The translations under genes and the position numbers were made by a program. Under the pieces are notes generated by a model, which saw only the letters and a list, made by a program, of their open reading frames with translations, was not told the origin of the DNA and made no database searches. Below, one piece after another: positions 53,698 through 63,336 of a DNA stretch of 64,000 nt (position 1 is the first letter of the stretch; every line of letters starts with the position of its first letter). This stretch comes from a virus (Duplodnaviria; Caudoviricetes): positions 20,153-84,152 of the IMG/VR virus record IMGVR_UViG_643348562_000001. The stretch is one strand, 5' to 3'.

Positions 53698-56600
53698 TGT
53701 ACAAAATCATACTGACTAACGCTACAAATGATAATCAAAAGGTAGTATGGGATGTAAAGAAGGATATAAAACTTTTGAGAAGTGCCAGCATGCAGAAACA
53801 AGAAGATGGAATTGATTCTGTTTCTATATCTCCTGTGCATAACTTTGTAGAAAACAGTGCAACGTTTATACAACCCTACAATACTTTAATCGAAATAATA
53901 AACGAAAAAACAAATGTAATAGAATTTAAAGGAAGAGTTTTATCACCAGAATCAGAAATGACTGATTCTGGACTTTTTACACATGAACTTATCTTCGAAG
54001 GTGCCGAAGCTTATCTTAAGGATTCGATACAAAGTTATTCATTTGAGTTTGATAAATTGCCAGTAGAAAATCTTAAGAAAGTTATCGCTCATCACAATAA
54101 TGAACTGAAAAATGAAGCTTATAAGCATTTTAAGGTTGGTAACGTTACAGTTGAAAAGAATATCATACCATCGGACGAAAACTATAATGAAGAGTTGAAA
54201 TATTTTAAACGATCTGATGATAAAGATACGTATGAAACGTTAATGGATTTAAAGGAAAAGTATGGTGGGACGTTTATATTTGAACCGACTAATGATGTCA
54301 CTTTGGTCCATTGGTTAAAGGAAACTGGGAACTTAACGAATACCGTCATAAAAATAGGTAAGAACTTAAAGAGCATTCAGAAGAAATTTGATGCGTCTGA
54401 GGTTATTACAAGATTGAAGCCTTTAGGTGCAAGCTCTGAGACAGCTAATGGAGATGAAATCAAGCTAACGATTGCTGAAGTTAACAATGGAAGTCCTTAT
54501 ATTGATATACCGCAACTAATTAAGTTATTTGGCATTCAGACTGGCACTGTAACTTTTGATGATAAACATACACCGGAAACTTTAAAAAAAGCAGCAGAAG
54601 ATTGGATTAAGGAGCACGAAAAAAAGCAGGCTAGAATTTCTCTTTCTTTAGATGCTTTGGATCTATCGTACTTAAAATTAGACCCAGACGAGTTTAAGAT
54701 TTACAACAAACATCGTGTTATATGCCCTCCATTAAATATAGATGAAGATCTAAAGATTATCAGTATTAAGGTAGACTTGCTTAAACCTTATGATAAAGAA
54801 GTCTCATTTGGAGAGAGGGAACTTGGATATGCTGAGCTTGAAAAAGAGCGGAGTATAAAGAATACAAACCTAATTATCAATAAAACAGTACCTGGTATTA
54901 TCGATAGACAGACGGGTGGCATTAACAGGGATGTAATGGTTTTAAATGATTACAAAATAACATTTGAAGATTTAAAATTACATCAAAGCAATCTGTTAGA
55001 TGAAGTTAACCAGATTTTAAATAGTGAATACTTAGTTGATAATGAAGTGAGGGCCGACTTATTATTAAAGGCACAGAATGTTGAATCCCTAAGTAACACT
55101 ATAAAAGATGCACTTGAAAGTGCTGACGAAAGAACGATTAATGCTACTAAGCTAGTAGTCCTTCAAAATAAAATGAATGCTTACAGGTTATCTCTTAAAT
55201 CATTCGTCATAGCTAAAGAAGGAGCTAAAATATCTCTATTGAAGCGATTACAAATCTTGCAATCGCAATATACAGAGAAAAAGTTTTCAGATACTTTAAA
55301 GAGCGTAGCAGAAAAGTTTGGACTAACTGTAAATCAATATAACGAACTTATAGGAGAACCGAATGTTGTTCAAAAAGCGATTTCAGTAGTTACAGAACAG
55401 ACTGATAGTAAACTTGCAAACTATGTAAAATCACAAGATTATCAGACAGACAAAAATGGCATTGTTGAACGCTTGAATAATTCAGATAGCGAAAGACGGC
55501 AATTATCTAATCAGATAGCAGATAGAGTAACAATTACTGAATATAACAACGGTATAGAAGCGATTGAACAGAATACAGACCAGAAATTATCTACAATGAA
55601 AACTGAGACCCTTCAAGATGGCAAGAAGATATCGCAAGAAGTATCTCAACAGGTGTTTAATACGAGCAGTAAGACTTTGAATCAAACATTATCACAATAC
55701 ATCAACAGTATCTCGACAGGACATCAGTTTACTTATGATGAGAATGGTAATATCACTAATTTCACTATAGGTTCAAGTGGGATTAAGTTGAACGGTAGAG
55801 TGATTGATATGAACGATGGAGATGTAACTATTCAGAATGGTGTTACTACAATCACTGATGCTTATATTCCTAAGCTATTTAGTAAGAAAGCAACAGTTGA
55901 GTATCTTGATGCAATCGGAATTACAGCTAGAACGCTACAAGCTAAGGATAAACAGGCTAGTGTCAATATTGAGAACGGATCAATCACAATGAATCGTGAT
56001 AGTGGTGCTCGTATGGATATTGGTTTAGATGGTATTCAAAGTTTTAATAATGGTGGTTCATTACGTTTCAGCTTAACACCAACATTAGTAACAACTTCAG
56101 CAGTAGGAACTTCTGTTAGTAACGTGTATTTAGGTGCAGCACCTACAGGGGAAGCACGTATCGTTGATATGAACGGTATTCCCGGAGATGGAGCGATTGG
56201 TAGTTATGCTTACAGACCAATACGAACTTTAGCGATTAAATTCCCTTTGAAAGCGAATGGATATATAGGGATTGATGGTAATGAGTTAAGGATCATGTCA
56301 GATGGTTTAAATGATGGTGGATTTAAAAATATCAGAGCAGACAAAGGGTACTTCGCTACCGTTGATATGAATAATGAAATCAATGGTACTCACTTCTATA
56401 TCAGGCCTAAACCAGGGGGCGAACTCAGAGCGACTTATAATAATGGCGGAGACACTTCGTATGCAAACATTCGTTCAGATGGTATCTATGCACCATGGAT
56501 TGATTACAACGGACATATTGCAGGTTCGCACTTTTATGTCAGACCTGCCTACGGTGGAGAAGTAAGGCTTACTAATACAGGTACTACTGATCAATTCGCT

Positions 56601-57092
56601 AGTCTACGCTCGAATGGTATTTACGTGCCATGGATAGACTTCAATGGTCAAATTCCAGGATCACATTTGTATATTAGGCCGGGATCAGGTGGAGAAGTGA
56701 GATTCACCAAGACCGGAACGACTGACCAATTTATTAATATTAGGGCAAATGATGGTGACTTCAATCAGATTTCCTATAATAAATGGGTGCAAAAATCTAG
56801 AGAAGAATGGAAAACAGGTATTCGTAAGTGGGAAATGAATGCTTCTGAAGTTCTTATTAATGAAGTAGATATTTATGAATTCTATTATAAGAATGACCTA
56901 GACTACCTTACTAGAGGCTCGGTTATTGGTGATGGCTATAAAGTTCCTGATTTTTGGCTCTCAAAAAGCAAGAACGGAATAGACAACACTTCTGTAATCT
57001 GGACATTAGCAAAAGCATTACAGGAACAGATTAAAAGAAACAATGATTTAGAAAACAGATTAAAAATATTGGAGGATAAGTTAAATGGATAA
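53697..57092 (+). CDS. Tail spike/receptor-binding protein with internal repeats and S74-like chaperone
   Basis: Prophage-tail N-terminus (IKIGKNL..VITRLKPLG); repeats YIRPxxGGE..GIYxPWID; C-terminal SREEWKTGIRKW. Confidence 0.85.
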   Translation: MYKIILTNATNDNQKVVWDVKKDIKLLRSASMQKQEDGIDSVSISPVHNFVENSATFIQPYNTLIEIINEKTNVIEFKGRVLSPESEMTDSGLFTHELIFEGAEAYLKDSIQSYSFEFDKLPVENLKKVIAHHNNELKNEAYKHFKVGNVTVEKNIIPSDENYNEELKYFKRSDDKDTYETLMDLKEKYGGTFIFEPTNDVTLVHWLKETGNLTNTVIKIGKNLKSIQKKFDASEVITRLKPLGASSETANGDEIKLTIAEVNNGSPYIDIPQLIKLFGIQTGTVTFDDKHTPETLKKAAEDWIKEHEKKQARISLSLDALDLSYLKLDPDEFKIYNKHRVICPPLNIDEDLKIISIKVDLLKPYDKEVSFGERELGYAELEKERSIKNTNLIINKTVPGIIDRQTGGINRDVMVLNDYKITFEDLKLHQSNLLDEVNQILNSEYLVDNEVRADLLLKAQNVESLSNTIKDALESADERTINATKLVVLQNKMNAYRLSLKSFVIAKEGAKISLLKRLQILQSQYTEKKFSDTLKSVAEKFGLTVNQYNELIGEPNVVQKAISVVTEQTDSKLANYVKSQDYQTDKNGIVERLNNSDSERRQLSNQIADRVTITEYNNGIEAIEQNTDQKLSTMKTETLQDGKKISQEVSQQVFNTSSKTLNQTLSQYINSISTGHQFTYDENGNITNFTIGSSGIKLNGRVIDMNDGDVTIQNGVTTITDAYIPKLFSKKATVEYLDAIGITARTLQAKDKQASVNIENGSITMNRDSGARMDIGLDGIQSFNNGGSLRFSLTPTLVTTSAVGTSVSNVYLGAAPTGEARIVDMNGIPGDGAIGSYAYRPIRTLAIKFPLKANGYIGIDGNELRIMSDGLNDGGFKNIRADKGYFATVDMNNEINGTHFYIRPKPGGELRATYNNGGDTSYANIRSDGIYAPWIDYNGHIAGSHFYVRPAYGGEVRLTNTGTTDQFASLRSNGIYVPWIDFNGQIPGSHLYIRPGSGGEVRFTKTGTTDQFINIRANDGDFNQISYNKWVQKSREEWKTGIRKWEMNASEVLINEVDIYEFYYKNDLDYLTRGSVIGDGYKVPDFWLSKSKNGIDNTSVIWTLAKALQEQIKRNNDLENRLKILEDKLNG

Positions 57093-57252
57093 TAATAATC
57101 AACCACAACGTAACTTAGAAAAAGAAGTGGCATTACTACAACAACAACTCATGATGGCGGTATCGGATAAAGTGATGTTACAAGCAATGTTAGATGATGC
57201 TTTAGAAGAATTAGATCAAATTAAGAACGATAATCAAGAAGTTGCAGAATAA
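57085..57252 (+). CDS. Small coiled-coil protein (copy of 12198-12365)
   Basis: Near-identical sequence. Confidence 0.7.
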   Translation: MDNNNQPQRNLEKEVALLQQQLMMAVSDKVMLQAMLDDALEELDQIKNDNQEVAE

Positions 57253-57296
57253 TCTGTAGCTTCTTTTTTATAAATAAAAAACAGGAGGTCATTCAA

Positions 57297-57575
57297 ATGA
57301 CAGAAAAAATTCAAGAGTTTTACTTAGTAGAAAGAAATTCAAGTGGGTCAGAAAGTTGTTTAACACGCAATTATTCAAATGGATTTGTATCAGGCGCTAC
57401 ACCAAACACTGCTTTTAAGTTTAAAGAAGAGGAGCAAGCGAAACAGTTCTGTAAGATGCAGAATATGTTAGCAGCAATCTTCGACAATGGAACAAAAACT
57501 TTCTATGTAAAACAAGATGTTGAACGTACTAAGTACAATGAAAATGGGGAAGTAGTCGTAGAAGAAACGTTATAA
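57297..57575 (+). CDS. Hypothetical phage protein (copy of 12411-12686)
   Basis: Near-identical sequence. Confidence 0.75.
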   Translation: MTEKIQEFYLVERNSSGSESCLTRNYSNGFVSGATPNTAFKFKEEEQAKQFCKMQNMLAAIFDNGTKTFYVKQDVERTKYNENGEVVVEETL

Positions 57576-57588
57576 GAGGTGGTGAAAA

Positions 57589-58101
57589 ATGTGGATAACA
57601 ATCGGAGGAATGAATTTGGAAAATATCGAGATGCTTAAAATTTATTTATATGGAGGAGATATCAGATTACTACACTTCTTATGTATATTGATGCTAGTAG
57701 ACATCGTGACAGGTATTGCTAAAGCGGTGTATAACAAGAATTTATGGTCGAGAAAGTCATTATTCGGCTTTGCTAGAAAATTGATGGTATTCTGTATCAT
57801 CGTATTGGCTAACGTGATTGATCAGATACTTCAATTAAATGGTGGATTGGTCATCGTCACAATTATGTTCTACATCGCCAACGAGGGGCTTTCTATTATT
57901 GAAAATTGTGCACAGATGGGTGTGCTAGTACCTGCAAATATATCAGAGAAATTAGCAGTTATCTTAAGTGAGAATGATAAGCAGTCAATTACAACAGAAG
58001 TGAAAGAAGAATTCACAGCTAAACATTCAAAAGATTTGCCTGGGGGACAGGTTGATGTAAGCGTTAAAGTTCAGTCAGAAAAAAACGAAGAAATAAATTA
58101 A
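57589..58101 (+). CDS. Holin (Phage_holin_4_1-like), near-identical to 12700-13212
   Basis: Same motifs as the prophage 1 holin. Confidence 0.9.
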   Translation: MWITIGGMNLENIEMLKIYLYGGDIRLLHFLCILMLVDIVTGIAKAVYNKNLWSRKSLFGFARKLMVFCIIVLANVIDQILQLNGGLVIVTIMFYIANEGLSIIENCAQMGVLVPANISEKLAVILSENDKQSITTEVKEEFTAKHSKDLPGGQVDVSVKVQSEKNEEIN

Positions 58102-58206
58102 GGCAGCTCACTATACGAAGAGATTAAACAAGAAATAAAGACTATAAAAGCAGAAAAGATATCTTAAACAGTTGGATCAAACATCTTATTTAAAAGGAGA
58201 ATTCAA

Positions 58207-59169
58207 ATGATGACTGAGGTTAATAAATCTATATATCTAGATGTAGCAAGAAGATATTACGATATGCAATCTTTGTATGAAGTAGTAGATATTGTATACG
58301 AAAATGAACAGAAAGAACTCTTTCTGCACCTATCAGATAATGAAGCATTTAGGGTGGAGATGAATCTTTTTAAGAAGACACCTTATAAAGCGTATTCAAA
58401 GCAAGAAATTAATGATCTGTGTAAATACGCATATGAACGTAATGTAATGATCATCCCAGTGTTAGACATACCTTCGCATTCAGGGGGATGGTTGAATCTA
58501 CTCAAACTTAATGATGAAGAGAGATACAATAAGGTTGTCTCTGATTTTGATGAACACACTGTAAACTATTGGGACGATGGAGAGCCTATTAAATTTATTA
58601 AGAGTATGATTGACGAGATTGCAGATGCATTCAAAATTCCTGGATATAAAGGGGAACAGATATTTCACCTTGGAATGGATGAGGTGCCTGCTGCTATAAG
58701 TAATCAAAAATGGCTTTTTTGGTTTATGGAACATCTTTTCAAGCACGTTGAATCTCACAACTATATACCGGTGATATGGAACGATCAAGTAACCCCAAAG
58801 TTTCTAGAAATGGCTTTAGATGCTGGGATGAGAGACAGTTTAAGATTCAGTTATTGGCAACAAAGCCTAAAAGGTACTGTATCTCCTGATGATATAATGA
58901 ATAACTTCAAACTCTATAACGGAAACTCTTACCCTCAGACGTTCAGCGCAAAGACGTTAGATTCGAAGAAGGATATGGAATACATGAAACAGCATTCAGG
59001 GATTGATAAATTTAATGTTATAGGAGACATAACGTATGAAGCAAAAATAAGAAATGTTTGTGGCTCGTTACTTACGCTATGGGGAGAGGATTCAGAATCT
59101 CGTCCAGAAAAGGAAATTATCACAGAACTAAGAAGAATGTTTACCGCATTCGTACAGGAAGCTAAATAG
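58207..59169 (+). CDS. GH20 beta-N-acetylglucosaminidase, dispersin B-like
   Basis: LDVARRYY, LHLSDNE, IPVLDIPSH, FHLGMDE (catalytic DE), IWND, FSYW, GSLLTLWGED; no signal peptide. Confidence 0.88.
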   Translation: MMTEVNKSIYLDVARRYYDMQSLYEVVDIVYENEQKELFLHLSDNEAFRVEMNLFKKTPYKAYSKQEINDLCKYAYERNVMIIPVLDIPSHSGGWLNLLKLNDEERYNKVVSDFDEHTVNYWDDGEPIKFIKSMIDEIADAFKIPGYKGEQIFHLGMDEVPAAISNQKWLFWFMEHLFKHVESHNYIPVIWNDQVTPKFLEMALDAGMRDSLRFSYWQQSLKGTVSPDDIMNNFKLYNGNSYPQTFSAKTLDSKKDMEYMKQHSGIDKFNVIGDITYEAKIRNVCGSLLTLWGEDSESRPEKEIITELRRMFTAFVQEAK

Positions 59170-59245
59170 TAAGAGGATGTTAAAACATAAATGATAAGCA
59201 TTAGGCAGATAGCCTGATGCTTATTTTAATTGGAGGAATTTATAA

Positions 59246-59512
59246 ATGAATAAAGAACTACAGTTAGCTTTGACGCGTTTAGTCGTGCTATTAATCGCAT
59301 TAATCAATTCAGCTCTAGCGCACTATGGAAAGCCGTTAATTAAAAGTGATGAAACTTTTATCTACCAAACATTAAGTGACTTATTTTTAATTGGATCTAT
59401 TGCCTGGAGTTATTGGAGAAATAACAATATTACTCGCAATGCACAGCAGGCACAAGAATTTAAGAATGTATTAGATATCGAAAAAAACAACGAAAATATG
59501 GAGGAAAAATAA
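59246..59512 (+). CDS. Holin, SPP1 family
   Basis: Two TM segments then WSYWRNNNITRNAQQAQ. Confidence 0.85.
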   Translation: MNKELQLALTRLVVLLIALINSALAHYGKPLIKSDETFIYQTLSDLFLIGSIAWSYWRNNNITRNAQQAQEFKNVLDIEKNNENMEEK

Positions 59513-59514
59513 TT

Positions 59515-60420
59515 ATGGCTAAAAATAAAATCGGTACTTGGAATGGTGTTCCTGTTTATACAGATTTCTTACCTATCGGAACAAGAAGAACAGGACAAAG
59601 ATTGAACAGTGGTAATCCTAAATTCGCAGTATTCCACGACACAGGAAACCCTAACACAACAGCACAACAGAACGTGAACTACTATAAGAATACTTATATG
59701 CAACCATGGGATAGTGTTGCATCAGCACATATCTTTGTGGATGATACTGAATGTATTATCTGTATTCCTGTAACTGAAAAAGCATGGCATGTGATTTACA
59801 ATACACCAACAGATAACGCTTGGTATGGTGCAGATGCAAACGATGTAGCTTTTGGTGTTGAAGCATCATACTACAGTGATAGAAATAAATCTCTTAAATC
59901 TTTAGATAATGCTTGTCGAATTATGGCTGCGTTATGTAATTCGTGGGATATTAATCCACACACGAATATGCCAGGGCATCAAGATATTCAGGCCGACAAA
60001 CAAGACCCAGGTAATCTATTAGCTGCTTGCGGTTATAATAGACGTGATATGACTGTGATTGACAATCTAGTTGTGAAATATATGAATGGCGATGCACCTG
60101 TTAAGAAAGTAGCACCTGCACCTGAAAAAGTTGTGAAACAATCACCACCTGTTAAAAAACCTGCAACAAAAGGTTCTAAACGCATTAAGGCATGGTCAAA
60201 GAAACCTCACTATAAAGGAACGATTCAATATACTGCATCCTTGAGACAACGTTCAGGTAGTAATTTTAGTAACTATACGTTCAACAAAGAGATTGGAACA
60301 CTTAAAAAAGGCGAGACTGTCTATATCTTCGAAGAGATTCAAGATGCACAAGGTAATATATGGTGCAGAACATATTCGCCTAGCAATAACGGTTGGGTTC
60401 ATAAGCATACAATTAAATAA
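59515..60420 (+). CDS. Endolysin: Amidase_2 plus C-terminal SH3-like domain
   Basis: VFHDTGN, SAHIFVD, GHQDI..KQDPG motifs. Confidence 0.9.
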   Translation: MAKNKIGTWNGVPVYTDFLPIGTRRTGQRLNSGNPKFAVFHDTGNPNTTAQQNVNYYKNTYMQPWDSVASAHIFVDDTECIICIPVTEKAWHVIYNTPTDNAWYGADANDVAFGVEASYYSDRNKSLKSLDNACRIMAALCNSWDINPHTNMPGHQDIQADKQDPGNLLAACGYNRRDMTVIDNLVVKYMNGDAPVKKVAPAPEKVVKQSPPVKKPATKGSKRIKAWSKKPHYKGTIQYTASLRQRSGSNFSNYTFNKEIGTLKKGETVYIFEEIQDAQGNIWCRTYSPSNNGWVHKHTIK

Positions 60421-60426
60421 ATGAAC

Positions 60427-60465
60427 AAAAATCCCTACATTCAAAATAAGAGTGTAGGGATTTTT
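60427..60465. terminator. Terminator after endolysin 2
   Basis: AAAAATCCCTACA...TGTAGGGATTTTT. Confidence 0.85.
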
Positions 60466-60754
60466 GTTTGTTAACTATCTATTTATCCAAATTTATTTTA
60501 AATATAGATAACAATGCTTTTACTTCTGTTACTAACAGATACTTGTTCATATAAAAGTTATTATCTTGAAAAGAATGAATTTTCTATTGTGATAAAATCA
60601 TGTTGTGTTCTTTATTGTCTCCCTTAATCATTTTCAAGATTTAGGAGTAATAGTTTTAAAAATATATACGGGAATTTATTATTTAATTATGATTAACACG
60701 GAATATAGTTTATAATTACTGTTAAATAGCAAAATAAGATTTAAGGAGTCTATC

Positions 60755-62119
60755 ATGTTAGATATTACAATAAAAAACATAGGGATATTAAATAATATAG
60801 AAATGAAAATAGATGGCATTACAGTAGTAGGAGCAAAAAATGATAGTGGTAAAAGCACAATCTCTAAAGTGCTAGGCACATCATTGTTAAGTATGAATAA
60901 ATATAAAGATGTATTTCTTGATTATATTAATGATCAAGTCAGAAGTATCTTTTTTAAAATCGAAGGAACGTTAGAAAATAACTTGAATAATCATGGTTCA
61001 CAAATACTAAAAACGATTGATGAATTACCTTTAGAATATAAAAATTATTTTAACCTTGGCACATTTGAGCCATATAATATTTATATCGATTTAAGAATAA
61101 GAAGCACAAATGTTAAGGATATTGATAATAGAATAGATAAAATGATTAGAGTATTTTCATTTATTAAAAATCATTTTTTTGATTATATAACTGATAATGA
61201 TAAAAATAGGTTATCTAGCTTAATAAAAGATTTAGATGACATTAAAGGAATTAAAATAAAAGATGTAGAAGAAACTTTACTTTTAAGATTTTTTGCAAAA
61301 AGTTTTAGAGAAAATCTAGTTAATTTTCATTCTTTTGAACCATCAAGGATTTCAATTAAAGAGAATAGCAATACGATCTTTGAAATGAATTTTGATAAGC
61401 AAAATCGTCTAAAGAAACATTTTATAGGAAATACTTCTATTAAAAATATAGCATATATAGAATCTCCTCAAATTATAGACCATTTATTTGAATCTATACT
61501 GAATAGATTTGATGATAGTAATAAATTAAAGTACACTAATCAACTTCAATATATGTTGACTAACCAATTTAAAAATAATCCATTATTTGATGATAATTCA
61601 AATAGAAATTTTGTATTAAATAAGATATTTGAAATAATTGAAGGTGAGATGAAGGCAGAAACAAGCGAAACTATAGATGAAATATATTTTCAAAAAGGGA
61701 ACTATAGAATTGAAACGATTAACGTAGCTACTGGAATAAAATCGTTTTCGCTGATTCAACTATTACTAAAAAATAATTGGGTTAATGATGAAATGCTGAT
61801 AATTATAGATGAGCCTGAAATTAATTTACACCCAGAATGGCAAGTTAAATATGCAGAAATATTAGTTCTAATACAAAAGTATATGGGATGTAAGATATAT
61901 ATAAATACTCATAGCAGTTATATAATTGAGGCGATAGATTTATATTCCAAAAAATATGATCTCAAAAGTCAAACTAATTATTATATGCTAGATGAATACT
62001 CATCTGAATTTTTGGATAATGATTTCCGACCTATATTTAAACAACTAAATGGTGCATTTGATATTTTAGACGAAGAAAAAATAAATGATTTTTTAAATTT
62101 TGGTACAGAAAATGAGTAA
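60755..62119 (+). CDS. ABC-type ATPase (AAA_15/AAA_21 family)
   Basis: GAKNDSGKST Walker A-like, ATGIKSF signature-like, IIIDEPEINLHP Walker B, THS H-loop. Confidence 0.9.
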   Translation: MLDITIKNIGILNNIEMKIDGITVVGAKNDSGKSTISKVLGTSLLSMNKYKDVFLDYINDQVRSIFFKIEGTLENNLNNHGSQILKTIDELPLEYKNYFNLGTFEPYNIYIDLRIRSTNVKDIDNRIDKMIRVFSFIKNHFFDYITDNDKNRLSSLIKDLDDIKGIKIKDVEETLLLRFFAKSFRENLVNFHSFEPSRISIKENSNTIFEMNFDKQNRLKKHFIGNTSIKNIAYIESPQIIDHLFESILNRFDDSNKLKYTNQLQYMLTNQFKNNPLFDDNSNRNFVLNKIFEIIEGEMKAETSETIDEIYFQKGNYRIETINVATGIKSFSLIQLLLKNNWVNDEMLIIIDEPEINLHPEWQVKYAEILVLIQKYMGCKIYINTHSSYIIEAIDLYSKKYDLKSQTNYYMLDEYSSEFLDNDFRPIFKQLNGAFDILDEEKINDFLNFGTENE

Positions 62120-62717
62120 ATTATCAATTATTAGCTTAAATAAAATTACAGAACTAAAGAATAAGCGAATAGATACTTTTAAAAATATATCATATAGCAA
62201 AGGTAATTGTTTAGTAGAAAGTAAAAAGAATGCTCATGATTTTGATAAGTTATATGATGATTATTGTAAATCTGAAGGTACTAAAAATAAACCTACCGCA
62301 GATGCATTAGTAACTAAAAGTAATTGTTATTTTTTTATTGAATTTAAAAATGCAGCAGGTGTTTCCAAAGATATTTTAAATAGTATATTTAATAAAATGG
62401 TTAGGAGTCCTGAATGCTTAGGCGATATTTTAGTAAAGTATAATAAAATAAAAAGATGGGAACTAGTTTATAAAAGAAATATGCAATTTATAGCTGTATA
62501 TTCGTTAAAACATTTTAAATCACACATGATACAAACTACTGAGGGTCATACTGTAAATGTCACTGTTAATCAAAAAATGAGGACACGAGATAAAACTATT
62601 ATAAGCCACAATAAAGTTCTTAATGATTATATGGAATCTAACAAAGGATATTATAACAAAGTATTATGTATAGATAATGAAGCATTCGAACAATTCGCTA
62701 ATGTATTATGTCGATAA
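62112..62717 (+). CDS. Putative PD-(D/E)xK nuclease partner
   Basis: PTADAL...FFIEFKN motif; ATGAGTAA overlap with the ATPase stop. Confidence 0.6.
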   Translation: MSKLSIISLNKITELKNKRIDTFKNISYSKGNCLVESKKNAHDFDKLYDDYCKSEGTKNKPTADALVTKSNCYFFIEFKNAAGVSKDILNSIFNKMVRSPECLGDILVKYNKIKRWELVYKRNMQFIAVYSLKHFKSHMIQTTEGHTVNVTVNQKMRTRDKTIISHNKVLNDYMESNKGYYNKVLCIDNEAFEQFANVLCR

Positions 62718-63007
62718 AGTATCATATCCTTGCTTTCTAAAATTTAAGTAACTACAAAAAAACGACAACAATACTACAAAAGATATCATTCTATGAAGTT
62801 TAAAATTTCAGTGAGGGAAGTAAAAACCTTTGATAAAACTGTATTTTGAATTTTACTGAATGTTATTTTTTGCTATACGTGATATGGTCATGATGAATCT
62901 GTTAAGAACAAAGTTGAAAAGTAAACTAAAACATAAGGTCTTTAAAGTTCATTACTTATCTGTCATACCATCTGCAAAAAAGAGCTTACCTAAATAAGGT
63001 AGTTTTT

Positions 63008-63085
63008 TTCGGGTAAATAACCGAATATTTAAAAATTCGGTTAAATAGCCGAATATTTGATTAAACAAGTAAATTGTCGTATAAT
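63008..63085 (+). promoter_or_regulatory. Two TTCGG-N8-CCGAA palindromes and TTGATT-17-TATAAT promoter
   Basis: Same layout as 14180-14257. Confidence 0.7.
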
Positions 63086-63091
63086 TATATT

Positions 63092-63263
63092 ACACGCAGC
63101 TTTATACAATACGCCGAAAAACACATGCGCTGGTCAACGTCGACTATGACCAATAAAACAGTTAGTTTGTCATTGAGTGACTTCTTTGACTAAAAGATAT
63201 TATATATTGCCTGCAGCGCAAAGCACCAAAAGTTCAGACACCTATATTTATAGGTGTTTTTTT
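63092..63263 (+). ncRNA. Putative ~172-nt structured small RNA, copy 2
   Basis: Near-identical to 14264-14435, same terminator. Confidence 0.6.
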
Positions 63264-63336
63264 ATACTTAAAAGGCACCTTACTGATTATAGTAGGGTGC
63301 TTTTTGAATCATATTAATATAATATCCTTGTATTTA

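Noticed and set aside
421-60879. Many antisense or alternative-frame ORFs in the six-frame track (e.g. 421-663, 17932-18285, 47720-48031, 51551-52018)
   Set aside because: They shadow well-supported genes, lack RBSs and have no recognisable motifs
62720-62990. AT-rich gap after the nuclease-like gene, checked for a third gene or RNA
   Set aside because: Only short broken frames and no convincing structure
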